64,000 bases of DNA from assembly GCA_965203095.1 (NCBI GenBank), contig OZ241877.1, forward strand, positions 1,533,518-1,597,517. Reading direction: 5' to 3'. The number at the start of each line of letters is the position of its first letter. The first letter of the stretch is position 1. The notes below the pieces were generated by a model. That model did not search any database. It was not told where the DNA came from and saw only the letters and a list, made by a program, of their open reading frames with translations. The position numbers were made by a program, and so were the translations under genes. The DNA comes from Bdellovibrionales bacterium (lineage in GTDB: Bacteria; Bdellovibrionota; Bdellovibrionia; Bdellovibrionales; UBA1609). Shown one piece after another: positions 32,892-42,340 of the stretch.

Positions 32892-34085
32892 ATGCCTGTT
32901 TTTATATACAATGTTAAGAAAGGTGACAAGCTGATCAAAGGCGAGATCAAAGCACAAAATTTGCAAATCGCTGAAATGAAGCTCAAAGCCAGAAAAATTG
33001 ACTTTGTTTATATTAAGGAAAAACCCATTATTCCTTTTTTTGCTGGTGGTGGGAAAATCAAAAGATCTGTGGTGCTTTTTTTCACCCGTCAGCTCTCTTT
33101 TCTCTTAAGTGCAGGTGTGTCTTTAATTCAAGCTTTGGAAATGTGTATTTCTACAAGTGATAATAAAAACTTTCAATATGTTTTGCAGTCCATGTTAAGG
33201 CAGTTGGAGGGAGGTAAAAGTTTTTCCCGCAGTCTCCGCTCCCGGCCGGACATATTTGACGGCTTTTATGTCAATATGGTGGTTTGTGCTGAAGAGACCG
33301 GCCTCTTAGATCAAGTTTTAAAAGATCTGGCCAATTATATGGAAAAAGCAGAGGCCATTCGTTCCCGGGTGAAATCCGCTATGATGTATCCCGTGATTGT
33401 TTTAGTTATTTCTTTTACCATCATTATAGGCATTATACTGTTTGTGGTCCCTCAATTTGAGGCTCTTTATACGGATGCGGGAGGACTTCCGGCCCTCACT
33501 CAAGCCTTTGTCAACTTAAGTCATTTACTGAGGAGTAGTCCTATTATTTTATTGATATTTCTTGTTGGGATCCCTACAGCTATGTTTCAATATTCTAAAA
33601 CCGAAGGAGGAAAAAAGCAGTTGAGAGCTTTAGTTAAAATGCTCCCTTTATTTGGAAAAATACAATATCAATCCGCTATGGTTCGGTTTTTCCGGTCTTT
33701 TCACTCCCTTTTAAAATCAGGTGTGAACTTTTTAGATGCTTTGGATGTGGCTTACAATATAGCGGGGCATGAGGACATTCAAAGGGGCATTTCTGTATCT
33801 AAGGATTTTGTCACAAAGGGAAAAAGCTTTTCCAAAGGTTTGGAGACCAGCAAAGTTTTCCCCCCTTTGGTTTATCACATGGCCAAAATTGGTGAGGAGA
33901 GTGGGAAGATAGAGCAAACTTTTGAAAAACTGACGGACTATTATGAAGAGCACTTGAACAATCTGATTGCGGGTTTAATCAAAATGATTGAACCTTTAAT
34001 GATTGTAATATTGGGAGGCATTATCGGTATTATGGTTTTGGCACTTTATCTTCCTGTGTTCAATATGGGATCGGTTGTGGGTTAG
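32892..34085 (+). CDS. pilC: Type IV pilus platform protein PilC (GspF family)
   Basis: Duplicated GspF domains with three TM segments, adjacent to pilB/pilT. Confidence 0.85.
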   Translation: MPVFIYNVKKGDKLIKGEIKAQNLQIAEMKLKARKIDFVYIKEKPIIPFFAGGGKIKRSVVLFFTRQLSFLLSAGVSLIQALEMCISTSDNKNFQYVLQSMLRQLEGGKSFSRSLRSRPDIFDGFYVNMVVCAEETGLLDQVLKDLANYMEKAEAIRSRVKSAMMYPVIVLVISFTIIIGIILFVVPQFEALYTDAGGLPALTQAFVNLSHLLRSSPIILLIFLVGIPTAMFQYSKTEGGKKQLRALVKMLPLFGKIQYQSAMVRFFRSFHSLLKSGVNFLDALDVAYNIAGHEDIQRGISVSKDFVTKGKSFSKGLETSKVFPPLVYHMAKIGEESGKIEQTFEKLTDYYEEHLNNLIAGLIKMIEPLMIVILGGIIGIMVLALYLPVFNMGSVVG

Positions 34086-34092
34086 ATTCATT

Positions 34093-35385
34093 ATGGTCTT
34101 TTCTGCTATTTGGCCTTACAGTTATTTGTCTTTTTATCTTGCCAGAGCCTTTACCCATCTGCTTATTTTATTTAGCTTAATAGCTCATCAGCTTTTATCC
34201 TATCCTTTTGTGGACCCTTTACTCTCTGTTGGAGTTTACAGCTTGTGTGGCCTTATTTTGTTTTTTGATGGCCTGTTTTTGTTTTTTTATAAAGAGGAAC
34301 AGCAAAAAGATCTTTTACTGCTTCTTCTTTTAGCAGAGGCTATTTTTTTGTCTGCTCTTATGGCTGTTTTAGGTTTTGTAGGGCTGTTTTTTATTTTGCC
34401 TTTGGTTTTTATCCAATCTCTTCCCTTGTTTTTGTCCGGAAAAACTTTTTCGGCCATATCATTTTTGCTTTATTTGGCCATTTTTTTGCCCTTGTCTCTT
34501 TTTTTAGGAGATGTCCAATCTTTAAATGATCGATGGTTCTCCTCAATTTATATTGGTTTGACTTTGTTTTTTATTTTTGGCTTTGGTTATTTGTTGAACT
34601 TTTTTTTACAGTTCACCAAAAAGGCTCAGCCTGCCGAAGGGCCAAAGGATACACTTGGGGGCATGGCCCTTTCCTCCGGCCTATCTTTGGCTTTGGTTAG
34701 AAAGCTAAAGCCGGTGGTCAACTCCCTACTCAAGTATTTTCCGGAAAATGTTAAGGCTAATGCCCCCTCACATTCTGTTCCGTCTCAAATTTTTCCTCCA
34801 CAAAAGGGTCGGCAGGAGTTAAACAATATGCGAAAATTCCTATTGGATTTTATTGAATACGCTGAGCCAGAGACAGAATCTCTTTTAGAAGACAAGGTGG
34901 ATTTAAACAGGCTTTTACAAGGGCTTTTAGATGAGTTGAACTCTCACCCCCATCGGCCGGAAAATTTAAAGCAAAAAATAAACTGCCCAGTGGATTTTAA
35001 AGTTAAAGGCTCTTCAGAACATTTAAAAAAAGGCTTTAAACATATTATTGTCAACTCTTTTGAAGCTTTAAAAAATCAGAATCAAGCCCATATTCATATC
35101 CGAGGCTATTGGACAAAAGATGGGGCGGTTGTGGAGTTTTTAGATAATGGCCATGGTATTGAACCAGAGGATATAAAAAAGCTTTTTGATCCTCTTTTTA
35201 GTAAAAGATTTGGTTTGAGGGGCTTGGGCCTGGCTTACACTCAAAAGATCCTTAAGGCCCATAAGGCGAGTTTGCATATTGAGAATTTGAAGAAAGGCTT
35301 AAAAGTTTCTGTCAAATTTCCTTTAATTTCTGGTTTTTATCCCACTCCTGCTGGTAAATCTCGAAAAAAAGTCACAGCGGCCTAA
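34093..35385 (+). CDS. Polytopic membrane histidine-kinase-like protein (HATPase_c present, H-box apparently degenerate)
   Basis: About 6 TM helices. The N box VNSFEALKN, the G1 box DNGHGI and the G2 box GLRGLGLA are present. The expected H-box region reads LALVRKLKPVVNSL and contains no His. Confidence 0.6.
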   Translation: MVFSAIWPYSYLSFYLARAFTHLLILFSLIAHQLLSYPFVDPLLSVGVYSLCGLILFFDGLFLFFYKEEQQKDLLLLLLLAEAIFLSALMAVLGFVGLFFILPLVFIQSLPLFLSGKTFSAISFLLYLAIFLPLSLFLGDVQSLNDRWFSSIYIGLTLFFIFGFGYLLNFFLQFTKKAQPAEGPKDTLGGMALSSGLSLALVRKLKPVVNSLLKYFPENVKANAPSHSVPSQIFPPQKGRQELNNMRKFLLDFIEYAEPETESLLEDKVDLNRLLQGLLDELNSHPHRPENLKQKINCPVDFKVKGSSEHLKKGFKHIIVNSFEALKNQNQAHIHIRGYWTKDGAVVEFLDNGHGIEPEDIKKLFDPLFSKRFGLRGLGLAYTQKILKAHKASLHIENLKKGLKVSVKFPLISGFYPTPAGKSRKKVTAA

Positions 35386-35391
35386 TGAAGG

Positions 35392-35715
35392 TTAAACTCC
35401 AAAGGAGACACCGCAACCGCAAGTGTCTTTGGCATTGGGGTTGGAAAAAATAAAACCCTTCCCGTTAAGCCCGCCTTCATAGTCTAAAGTCATGCCCATA
35501 ATGTAAAGGAGGCTTTTCCCTTCTATTACTATGGGGACGCCACCCGACTTAAAAAATTTATCCATTGGTGTTTTTTTGTCGTCAAAATCCAATTTGTAGG
35601 AAAAACCGGAACAGCCCCCCTCTTTTATAGATATCCTTAAGGCTTTTTCCGGTGCCTTTTCCTTTTTTTTGAGGTAATTGATATGCTCTATAGCTTGGCT
35701 TGAAATTTTTATCAT
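35392..35715 (-). CDS. erpA: Iron-sulfur cluster insertion protein (HesB/IscA/ErpA family)
   Basis: 107 aa, with GGCSGFSY and a C-terminal CGCGVSF. Confidence 0.85.
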   Translation of the reverse strand: MIKISSQAIEHINYLKKKEKAPEKALRISIKEGGCSGFSYKLDFDDKKTPMDKFFKSGGVPIVIEGKSLLYIMGMTLDYEGGLNGKGFIFSNPNAKDTCGCGVSFGV

Positions 35716-35755
35716 AAGTTCATTTTAGCTTGTTTTTTTAAAAAATCAAGTTTTT

Positions 35756-36631
35756 TTACCAACCTTTTTTAGCAGGGGAAAAAAGGGCTATTTGAGGGCC
35801 TATGTGAACTTCAAGCTCCCCCCCCGGCATGCGGACAAAAACAGTTTTGAGTTTTTTGAGAGCTTTCCTTTTGTGGAGATAGACAAAAGCCACGGACAAA
35901 GCCCCTGTGCCACAGGCCATAGTGAAATCCTCAACCCCTCTCTCATAAGTGATGGCTTTTAACTGCCCTTGTTTTTCCACTTGAAAAAAAGAAACATTCA
36001 TCCCCTGAGAACTCTTAGGATGTTGAAAACGAAGTTTTTGTGCCAGAGTTTTAAGTGTTTTTTTATCGAAGACAAGCTCCCCCTTTGTGGAGCATTCTAT
36101 TACCCCATGAGGAGCACCAGGGGAGATCAAACTGAAAGTGATTTTTTGCCCTTGGAACTCATGTTGAAAGTCCCCCAGCACAAGAGGAATATTTTTGAGC
36201 CTTATCCCATAGTGCCCTTGTTGGTTTTTTATGGGTTGAACAATCTCTTTTCCCATCTGAAAAGTGTTTAAGGATAGGCCCAACTCAAAGGAATAGTTGG
36301 AAATGCAACAAGTGGCATTCCCGCACATTTCTGCCGAAGATCCGTCTTTGTTGTAAAAATCACAAATCCAAGAAAAAACTTTTTTTGTTGTGGGGCGAAT
36401 CACAACAAGACCATCAGTTAGAAAAAGATCTTTTTTAGAAAGCAGAGTTTTTAAAAACTTTTTTTTAAATGAAAGGTTTTTTTGGGACAAACTCAAAAAA
36501 TCCTTAAAACTTTTGTTTGTTTTAAAAGTATGATTTGACCAAGCCGAGGGGGGGCTGTTCCCAAACCATCTTTTGTCCACTAACAAAAAGCGATTGCCAG
36601 CTGAAGATATTTTTAAAATATGATTATTCAT
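35756..36631 (-). CDS. dapF: Diaminopimelate epimerase
   Basis: Both catalytic Cys motifs are present: MCGNATCC and ACGTGA. Confidence 0.8.
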   Translation of the reverse strand: MNNHILKISSAGNRFLLVDKRWFGNSPPSAWSNHTFKTNKSFKDFLSLSQKNLSFKKKFLKTLLSKKDLFLTDGLVVIRPTTKKVFSWICDFYNKDGSSAEMCGNATCCISNYSFELGLSLNTFQMGKEIVQPIKNQQGHYGIRLKNIPLVLGDFQHEFQGQKITFSLISPGAPHGVIECSTKGELVFDKKTLKTLAQKLRFQHPKSSQGMNVSFFQVEKQGQLKAITYERGVEDFTMACGTGALSVAFVYLHKRKALKKLKTVFVRMPGGELEVHIGPQIALFSPAKKGW

Positions 36632-36659
36632 AACTTTCCCTTTTTAATAGATCATCCAA

Positions 36660-36740
36660 AGTTTTTTGCCCAAAGTCCGTCCCATTTCGGTATTACAATA
36701 CCTTGGACCATCACCGGACAAACTTTGGGCAAAAGCCATT
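36660..36740 (+). repeat. R2-family hairpin, variant copy D
   Basis: TTTTGCCCAAAGTCCG ... CATTTCGGTATTACAATACCTTGGACCATCAC ... CGGACAAACTTTGGGCAAAA. Confidence 0.65.
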
Positions 36741-36858
36741 GAAAAGCCTGTCCGTAATAAAAGCAAAGGGCAATAATCCATACCCCAACCCTGGACTTCT
36801 TTATGTAATGATTCATAGGCCCTTTTTTAAAGTTGAGAAATTTCATTAAAATTCCGGC

Positions 36859-37701
36859 TCAGTTTTTGAACAGATCTCTTAGTTTTTCCCCTAAAATGTT
36901 CACACAAAAAATCAAAATCAAAATGCCAATGCCTGGGAAGCTGGCGAGCCACCAAGCACTTTCTAAGTGAGACCGGCCATCGGCAATCATCACCCCCCAC
37001 TCGGCTAAGGGGGGTTTAGCCCCTAAGCCCAAAAAACTTAAAGCCGCCACACTTAAAATCCCTTCACTAAAAATCAAAAGGGATTGTGCCATAATTTCCC
37101 CAATACTGTTAGGCAAAATATGGCGAAAAAACAGTTGAAAAGGATGAGAACCAAAAAGCCTTCCGGCCTCCACATATTTTTTGTTTTGCCCCCTTAAAAC
37201 CAAACTTCTAATAAGGCGAATCATTGAGGGCAGGCACATAATGCCCGCGGCGATACAGGCGTTTAAAAGCCCCGGACCAAAAATCGCTACAGCCACAATA
37301 GCTAAAAGAAGGCCGGGAAAAGACATTAAAATATCCACAGCCCCCACTACCCAAGGGTCCAGCCGAGGATAAAGGCCGGAAAGTGTGCCCAAAAGAAGTC
37401 CAAATACAAGAGCAAAACTCAAGACCAGCCCTCCGGCCAGGAAAGAGATTTTTCCTCCAAAAATCAAACGAGATAGAAAATCACGACCCAAATCATCAGT
37501 TCCTAAAGGAAACTGAGCTTGAGCACCTTCCATCCAAAAAGGGGGCAGATTTAAAAACTCCTCATAAACCTGTTCCGGGGGGTGAGTTAAAAACAAAGGG
37601 GCAAACAAGGAGCCAAATAACAAAACCAATAGGAGGCTTAGGCAAAACAAGGCTGTTTTGTCCCTTTTTATGAGTTGAAGTATTTTGATAGCCGTTTTCA
37701 T
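36859..37701 (-). CDS. Peptide ABC transporter permease (DppC/OppC type)
   Basis: BPD_transp_1 fold with an EAA-like loop. The gene is paired with the upstream permease. Confidence 0.8.
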   Translation of the reverse strand: MKTAIKILQLIKRDKTALFCLSLLLVLLFGSLFAPLFLTHPPEQVYEEFLNLPPFWMEGAQAQFPLGTDDLGRDFLSRLIFGGKISFLAGGLVLSFALVFGLLLGTLSGLYPRLDPWVVGAVDILMSFPGLLLAIVAVAIFGPGLLNACIAAGIMCLPSMIRLIRSLVLRGQNKKYVEAGRLFGSHPFQLFFRHILPNSIGEIMAQSLLIFSEGILSVAALSFLGLGAKPPLAEWGVMIADGRSHLESAWWLASFPGIGILILIFCVNILGEKLRDLFKN

Positions 37702-37712
37702 AAGTCTCTTTA

Positions 37713-38750
37713 TTAGATTTTTAAAACCCCCTCTCTTAAAAATCCCGATCGGATTTGTGGGTCCGCTTTAGCGTAAGCTATATCCACACAAATATTGATT
37801 CCTACAATAATAAAAGCCATAAGAAGAGAACCGCTGGTAATTACCGGGTAATCTCTGGCAAATAGCCCTTGGACAAACCATTGCCCAATCCCTGGCCAGG
37901 CGAAAATGCTTTCGGTTAAAATCGCCCCAGTAAGTAAAGAGCCAGCCAACCAGCCGATAATAGTGATAATGGGGATCAGGGCATTAGAGAACACATGGCG
38001 AAAAAACACCGTGTAAAGGCTCAAGCCTTTGGCCTTAGCTGTCCGAATAAAGTCTTTTCCTAAAACATCCCCGGCACTGACTCTTGTAATGCGGACAATA
38101 AAAGCCAGAGGAATAGTGCCCAAAGTGAGACCGGGGAGGATAAGATGCCTCAAACTGCTTAAAAAAACTTTAATAGGTTCTTCAGAAAACCAGGCATCTA
38201 TAAGATAAAAGCCTGTAATGGAGTTTATATCGTATAAGGGGCTTAAGCGACCGGAAACAGGAGTCCATCCCAAGGTCACAGAAAACAAAAGAATAAGCAT
38301 AAGTGCCCACCAAAAAATAGACATGGAAAAGCCAAAAAGTGAAAAACCAATGATCAGTTTGTCAAAAAAACGATTGCGGGTTAAAGCGGAAAACAAGCCC
38401 AAAGGAATACCTAAAAGGCTGGCCCATAGTATTGCTATAAGCGAAAGCTCCACTGTAGCCGGAAAGTAGGAAAAAAACTCTTTAAGCACCGGCTCAGTTG
38501 TGACGATGGAGTGCCCTAAATCCCCCCGGCTCAAAGATTTCAAGAATAATAAGTATTGTAAATAAAGGGGTTTATCTAAACCTAATGATCGATTCAGCTC
38601 TTCGACAGCAGTTTTATCTGCCCCTCTTTCGCCTAAAAGCTGTTGGACGGGGTCGCCCGGGATCAGCCTTAGGGCAAAAAATGAAATGAGGCTGACACCA
38701 ATCAATGTTGGCAAAGCCTGAATGCATCTTCGTCCAATAAAAAAAATCAT
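37713..38750 (-). CDS. Peptide ABC transporter permease (DppB/OppB type)
   Basis: The typical N-terminus RRCIQALPTLIGVSLISFFALRLIPGDP and six TM segments. Confidence 0.8.
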   Translation of the reverse strand: MIFFIGRRCIQALPTLIGVSLISFFALRLIPGDPVQQLLGERGADKTAVEELNRSLGLDKPLYLQYLLFLKSLSRGDLGHSIVTTEPVLKEFFSYFPATVELSLIAILWASLLGIPLGLFSALTRNRFFDKLIIGFSLFGFSMSIFWWALMLILLFSVTLGWTPVSGRLSPLYDINSITGFYLIDAWFSEEPIKVFLSSLRHLILPGLTLGTIPLAFIVRITRVSAGDVLGKDFIRTAKAKGLSLYTVFFRHVFSNALIPIITIIGWLAGSLLTGAILTESIFAWPGIGQWFVQGLFARDYPVITSGSLLMAFIIVGINICVDIAYAKADPQIRSGFLREGVLKI

Positions 38751-38886
38751 GCTCTTAAATCATAATGAGAGAGTGAGTTTTTAAAGTTTTCCCGCTTTAA
38801 ATTCTATTTGTCAATAGCGGAAGTGAGGGTTATGAGCTTTGAATGGGCTATTGGGGAGGCTTTGCTAAAAGATCTTCTAAACTTTT

Positions 38887-38913
38887 TCGCTCTCGTCTTG
38901 AGCGGGAATGGCT
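38887..38913 (+). repeat. Degenerate R1 unit
   Basis: CGCTCTCGTCTTGAGCGGGAATGGC, compared with CATTCCCGCCTTGAGCGGGAATCCA. Confidence 0.4.
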
Positions 38914-39083
38914 TGGGTTATAATTTCAGGGATAGTTATTTTTTCTTCCATGAGTTGAGGGGCTGACTTTGTAATTTAAGAAAAAAGGTGATACACTTTT
39001 TTGATATTGGTTTGATTTGAGGTTTCAGGTTCAAATAGAGGGGAAAAGCATATTTTTCAAACAAAACCAGTATAACTTTTAAA

Positions 39084-41135
39084 ATGCAGTTTAAAGACAA
39101 AATCAGAAATATTGGGATTATGGCCCATATTGACGCGGGGAAAACCACCTTGAGCGAAAGGATCTTGTTTTACACTGGCCTTAGCCGGAAAATGGGTGAA
39201 GTGCATGAGGGCACAACTGTAATGGATTGGATGGAGCAAGAGCAGGAAAGAGGTATTACCATTAGCTCTGCGGCCACTGCTTGTTTTTGGGAAGATGTTT
39301 ATATCAATCTGATCGACACTCCTGGCCATGTGGATTTCACTATTGAAGTGGAGCGATCTTTAAGGGTTTTGGATGGGGCGGTGGCAGTTTTTGATTCGGC
39401 TCACGGTGTGGAGCCTCAATCGGAAACCGTGTGGAGGCAGGCAGATAACTATAATGTCCCTCGGATTTGTTTTTTAAATAAAATGGATCGGGTGGGGGCG
39501 GATTTTTCATTTAGTTTAAAGGACATTAGTAAAAAACTCAGCATGATTCCAGTAGCTGTTCAATGGCCTGTTTACATAAAGGAGGAGTTTAAAGGGGTTT
39601 TGGATTTAGTTCAACAAAAAATGTTGCTTTGGGATCAAGATGAGATGGGCGAAAAATTTTCTACTCAGGATATTCCTCCGGAGCGGATGGATACAGCTCT
39701 CCAGCAGAGGGAACTTTTAATTAGCCAGTTGGCTGAGGGAGATCCTGCACTTATGGAAAAATATCTTCGGAATGAGGATTTATCTGTGAGGGATATCCGC
39801 ACCTCCCTTAGAAGTCAAACTTTGAGCCGGCGAATCACCCCTGTATTATGTGGTTCTGCTTTTAAAAATAAGGCGGTTCAACCTCTTTTATCCGCCATTC
39901 AGTATTATTTGCCTTCCCCCTTAGATATTCCTCCGGCAATAGCCAGAGACTTTAAAGGCCGGACAAAACTTTGTGAGGCTAAGGACGAAGAGCCTTTATC
40001 AGCACTGGTTTTTAAAATTGCTTTTGATGCTTTTGCTGGGGCTTTAACTTATATCCGAGTGTATTCTGGTGTCTTAAAAACAGGTCAGACTGTTTATAAT
40101 TCAAGGCAAAAAAAGATAGAGAGAATCCATAAAATTTTAAAAATGCATTCCAATTCCAAAAGGGAACTGTCGGAGTTGCGGGCAGGGGATATATGTGCTG
40201 TGCCAGGCCTTAAATGGACACAAACAGGGGATAGCCTCTGTTTTAAAGAGCAGAATTTATCTTTAGAAAGGCTGACTTTTCCTGAGCCGGTTTTGTCCGT
40301 TGCGATAGAGCCGAAATCGGCACAAGATCAAGCAAAAATTGAGGAAGCCTTAATTAAGTTAAAAAGGGAGGATCCCTCTTGCCAGACAAAAAAAGATCCT
40401 GAAACAGGGCAAATCCTTTTAATGGGCATGGGGGAGCTTCACATTGAGATTTTATTGGACCGGTTGTTAAAGGATTATAAACTATCGGCCCGTGTGGGTA
40501 AGCCTCAGGTTTCTTTTAGGGAGACTCCTAAGGCCTCTTGGCAAGGATCTGGAGTTTTTGATCAGGAGATACAAAACCGCCGTCATTTTGCTAAAATATC
40601 TATAAAGATAGAGCCTTTAGAGCAGGGAAAAGGCTTTATTTTAGACAAAGGCCCTTTAAGCCTCTCTTCTCCCGAAATTCTCTCCGCCATTGAAGAGGGT
40701 TTCCAGCAGGGGCTTTCCTCCGGTCCCCTTATGGCCTATCCTATGAGGGATTTAAAGCTTTCTCTATTAAGTTTAGAGTATAAGGAGGAGGACATAAGCC
40801 TTTTGGCCATTCGCTCTTGCTGTTATCAGACTTTTTACAAAGGAATCAGGGAAGTGGGAAGTGAGCTTTTAGAGCCGGTTTTCCGCTTAAAATTGACCAG
40901 TCCAGAGGAGTTTGCGGGGGCCATTGTGAATGACTTGAATGCTCGCCGGGGTCAGGTGGAGGCTATGGAAAAACAAGAAAATTTAAAAATAATTTCTGCC
41001 ATTGTGCCTTTGACAGAGCTTTTTGGCTATGCGACAAAGATGAGATCTTTAAGTCAGGGTCGGGCCAGTTTGTCTATGGAAATGCAAGGCTATAGCCTTT
41101 TGCCAGACAAGGAAAAGCAAAAACTTCTCATTTAG
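39084..41135 (+). CDS. fusA: Elongation factor G (stand-alone copy, not in a str operon)
   Basis: G1 [10 protein letters not shown]3 DTPGHVDF, G4 NKMD, and domains II-V throughout. Confidence 0.85.
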   Translation: MQFKDKIRNIGIMAHIDAGKTTLSERILFYTGLSRKMGEVHEGTTVMDWMEQEQERGITISSAATACFWEDVYINLIDTPGHVDFTIEVERSLRVLDGAVAVFDSAHGVEPQSETVWRQADNYNVPRICFLNKMDRVGADFSFSLKDISKKLSMIPVAVQWPVYIKEEFKGVLDLVQQKMLLWDQDEMGEKFSTQDIPPERMDTALQQRELLISQLAEGDPALMEKYLRNEDLSVRDIRTSLRSQTLSRRITPVLCGSAFKNKAVQPLLSAIQYYLPSPLDIPPAIARDFKGRTKLCEAKDEEPLSALVFKIAFDAFAGALTYIRVYSGVLKTGQTVYNSRQKKIERIHKILKMHSNSKRELSELRAGDICAVPGLKWTQTGDSLCFKEQNLSLERLTFPEPVLSVAIEPKSAQDQAKIEEALIKLKREDPSCQTKKDPETGQILLMGMGELHIEILLDRLLKDYKLSARVGKPQVSFRETPKASWQGSGVFDQEIQNRRHFAKISIKIEPLEQGKGFILDKGPLSLSSPEILSAIEEGFQQGLSSGPLMAYPMRDLKLSLLSLEYKEEDISLLAIRSCCYQTFYKGIREVGSELLEPVFRLKLTSPEEFAGAIVNDLNARRGQVEAMEKQENLKIISAIVPLTELFGYATKMRSLSQGRASLSMEMQGYSLLPDKEKQKLLI

Positions 41136-41198
41136 CCCTTTGTGAAAAAGCCCACATGATAAGGGGTTTGACAAATTTGCAAAAATGTCAATAAAAAT

Positions 41199-41228
41199 TT
41201 GACAAAAGCTATTGGCTGGTTTTAGAAT
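41199..41228 (+). promoter_or_regulatory. Candidate sigma70-type promoter upstream of zapA
   Basis: TTGACA (41199-41204), an 18-nt spacer, then TAGAAT (41223-41228). Confidence 0.35.
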
Positions 41229-41253
41229 GTTGGCATTAAGGAGTTTGGAGGCT

Positions 41254-41577
41254 ATGCAGAGCCTGATAGAGATTATGAACACTTATCATGTTAAATTTCA
41301 ATCTCAGTCATTTAAGTTAATGACCCAGCATGATCAAAGGGACTTTCAGATATTGAAGTCAGAGGTGGAAAGCAAATTAGATGAGGTTCAAAGCTCTCAC
41401 AAACAGATTTCTATTGAAAAGGCCTTGTTTTTAACCTGTCTTCTATTGGCGGAAGATAAATTTCTTCTCAAAAAGGCCTTGGATAAAAATATCAACAGTT
41501 TGGAATCTCAAGCTCGCAGTATCTTAAACGATCTCGAATCCTCCTCTAAAGGCAAAAGGCTCTCATTTGAATCTTAA
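41254..41577 (+). CDS. zapA: Cell-division protein ZapA-like
   Basis: It is small, with a VKF..QSFKL beta start followed by a coiled coil. A 5-formyl-THF cyclo-ligase gene follows directly, as in the E. coli zapA-ssrS-ygfA neighbourhood. Confidence 0.55.
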   Translation: MQSLIEIMNTYHVKFQSQSFKLMTQHDQRDFQILKSEVESKLDEVQSSHKQISIEKALFLTCLLLAEDKFLLKKALDKNINSLESQARSILNDLESSSKGKRLSFES

Positions 41578-41632
41578 AGTTTTTTAAGACTTAAGCTTTT
41601 GCTTTGCTCCTCAATAAAAAGGGGTTTTTGTT

Positions 41633-42328
41633 GTGTCGAGGAGCTTTAGTCATCGGAATGTTTTTCCTTCTTATTCCACTGCCCGTTCTTTAAAAAGTTC
41701 TTCTCTTCGGTCTTTTTATAAAAAAGAGATCGATTGTTTGCCTCTTTCGGTCAAAAAGCAAAAGCAGGAACAAATTGTGGCCTTCCTTCGCCAACTGCTT
41801 TTTTTTAAAAAAATCAAATTCATGGCTTTTTATAAAGCTATGAAGGACGAGCCTGATCTTTCCTCTTTTTACAAGCTTTGTAAAGGCAAAGCCTGTTTTC
41901 CAGTGTTGAGGGAAGATGGCCTGTTAGATTTTTACAAAAGCCAAGGGCCTTGGCACTCCTCTCCTTGGGCTTTTATTCAGCCTGTTCCCATAAAGAGAAA
42001 TCAAATCCCTACAGATCAAATCTCTGTTTTTTTTATCCCTGGTCGAGTTTTTGATCGAAGAGGGGGGCGACTCGGCCGGGGCCGAGGCTGTTATGACAAA
42101 AGCCTTGCGGGGTTGAGAAAAGTCCAATCAAAGGCTCATCTTCCCTCAGTTTTGTTTGTGGGAATAGCCTTTTTTGAGCAGGTTCAAAACGAGCCTTTAA
42201 ATTTGTTTAAACATGATATTTTAATGGATATTTTAGTGACTGATCGATTTGTCCTCCAGCCTTTTCACAATCGGCAAAAGGACCGGTCAAGCCTAATGAA
42301 CAGGAAACATCTCACACATGATAAATAA
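41633..42328 (+). CDS. 5-formyltetrahydrofolate cyclo-ligase
   Basis: The family motif GGRLGRGRGCYDK, with MAFYKAMKDEPDL upstream. Confidence 0.8.
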   Translation: MSRSFSHRNVFPSYSTARSLKSSSLRSFYKKEIDCLPLSVKKQKQEQIVAFLRQLLFFKKIKFMAFYKAMKDEPDLSSFYKLCKGKACFPVLREDGLLDFYKSQGPWHSSPWAFIQPVPIKRNQIPTDQISVFFIPGRVFDRRGGRLGRGRGCYDKSLAGLRKVQSKAHLPSVLFVGIAFFEQVQNEPLNLFKHDILMDILVTDRFVLQPFHNRQKDRSSLMNRKHLTHDK

Positions 42329-42340
42329 GGAGGATCTACT

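Noticed and set aside
35818-35825. The C8/G8 tract in dapF as a phase-variation site
   Set aside because: The tract is short and lies in an essential housekeeping gene, where it encodes PGG. Runs of 6-8 G/C also occur in other core genes, so it is treated as background.
39057-39329. Antisense or overlapping ORFs inside strong genes (for example 39057..39329 -, 802..1074 -, 21377..21673 -, 30158..30511 -, 42644..42946 -, 56404..56946 +)
   Set aside because: Each is embedded in a confidently identified conserved CDS on the other strand or frame, with no independent support.
41136-41160. A solo R2 TIR-like sequence after fusA (CCCTTTGTGAAAAAGCCC)
   Set aside because: Only about 12 nt resemble the TIR, and no core or partner end is present. 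It cannot be distinguished from chance in AT-rich DNA.
41578-41632. A 6S RNA (ssrS) between zapA and 5-formyl-THF cyclo-ligase, as in E. coli
   Set aside because: The gap is only about 55 nt, too short for a 6S RNA of about 180 nt. I saw no candidate structure.
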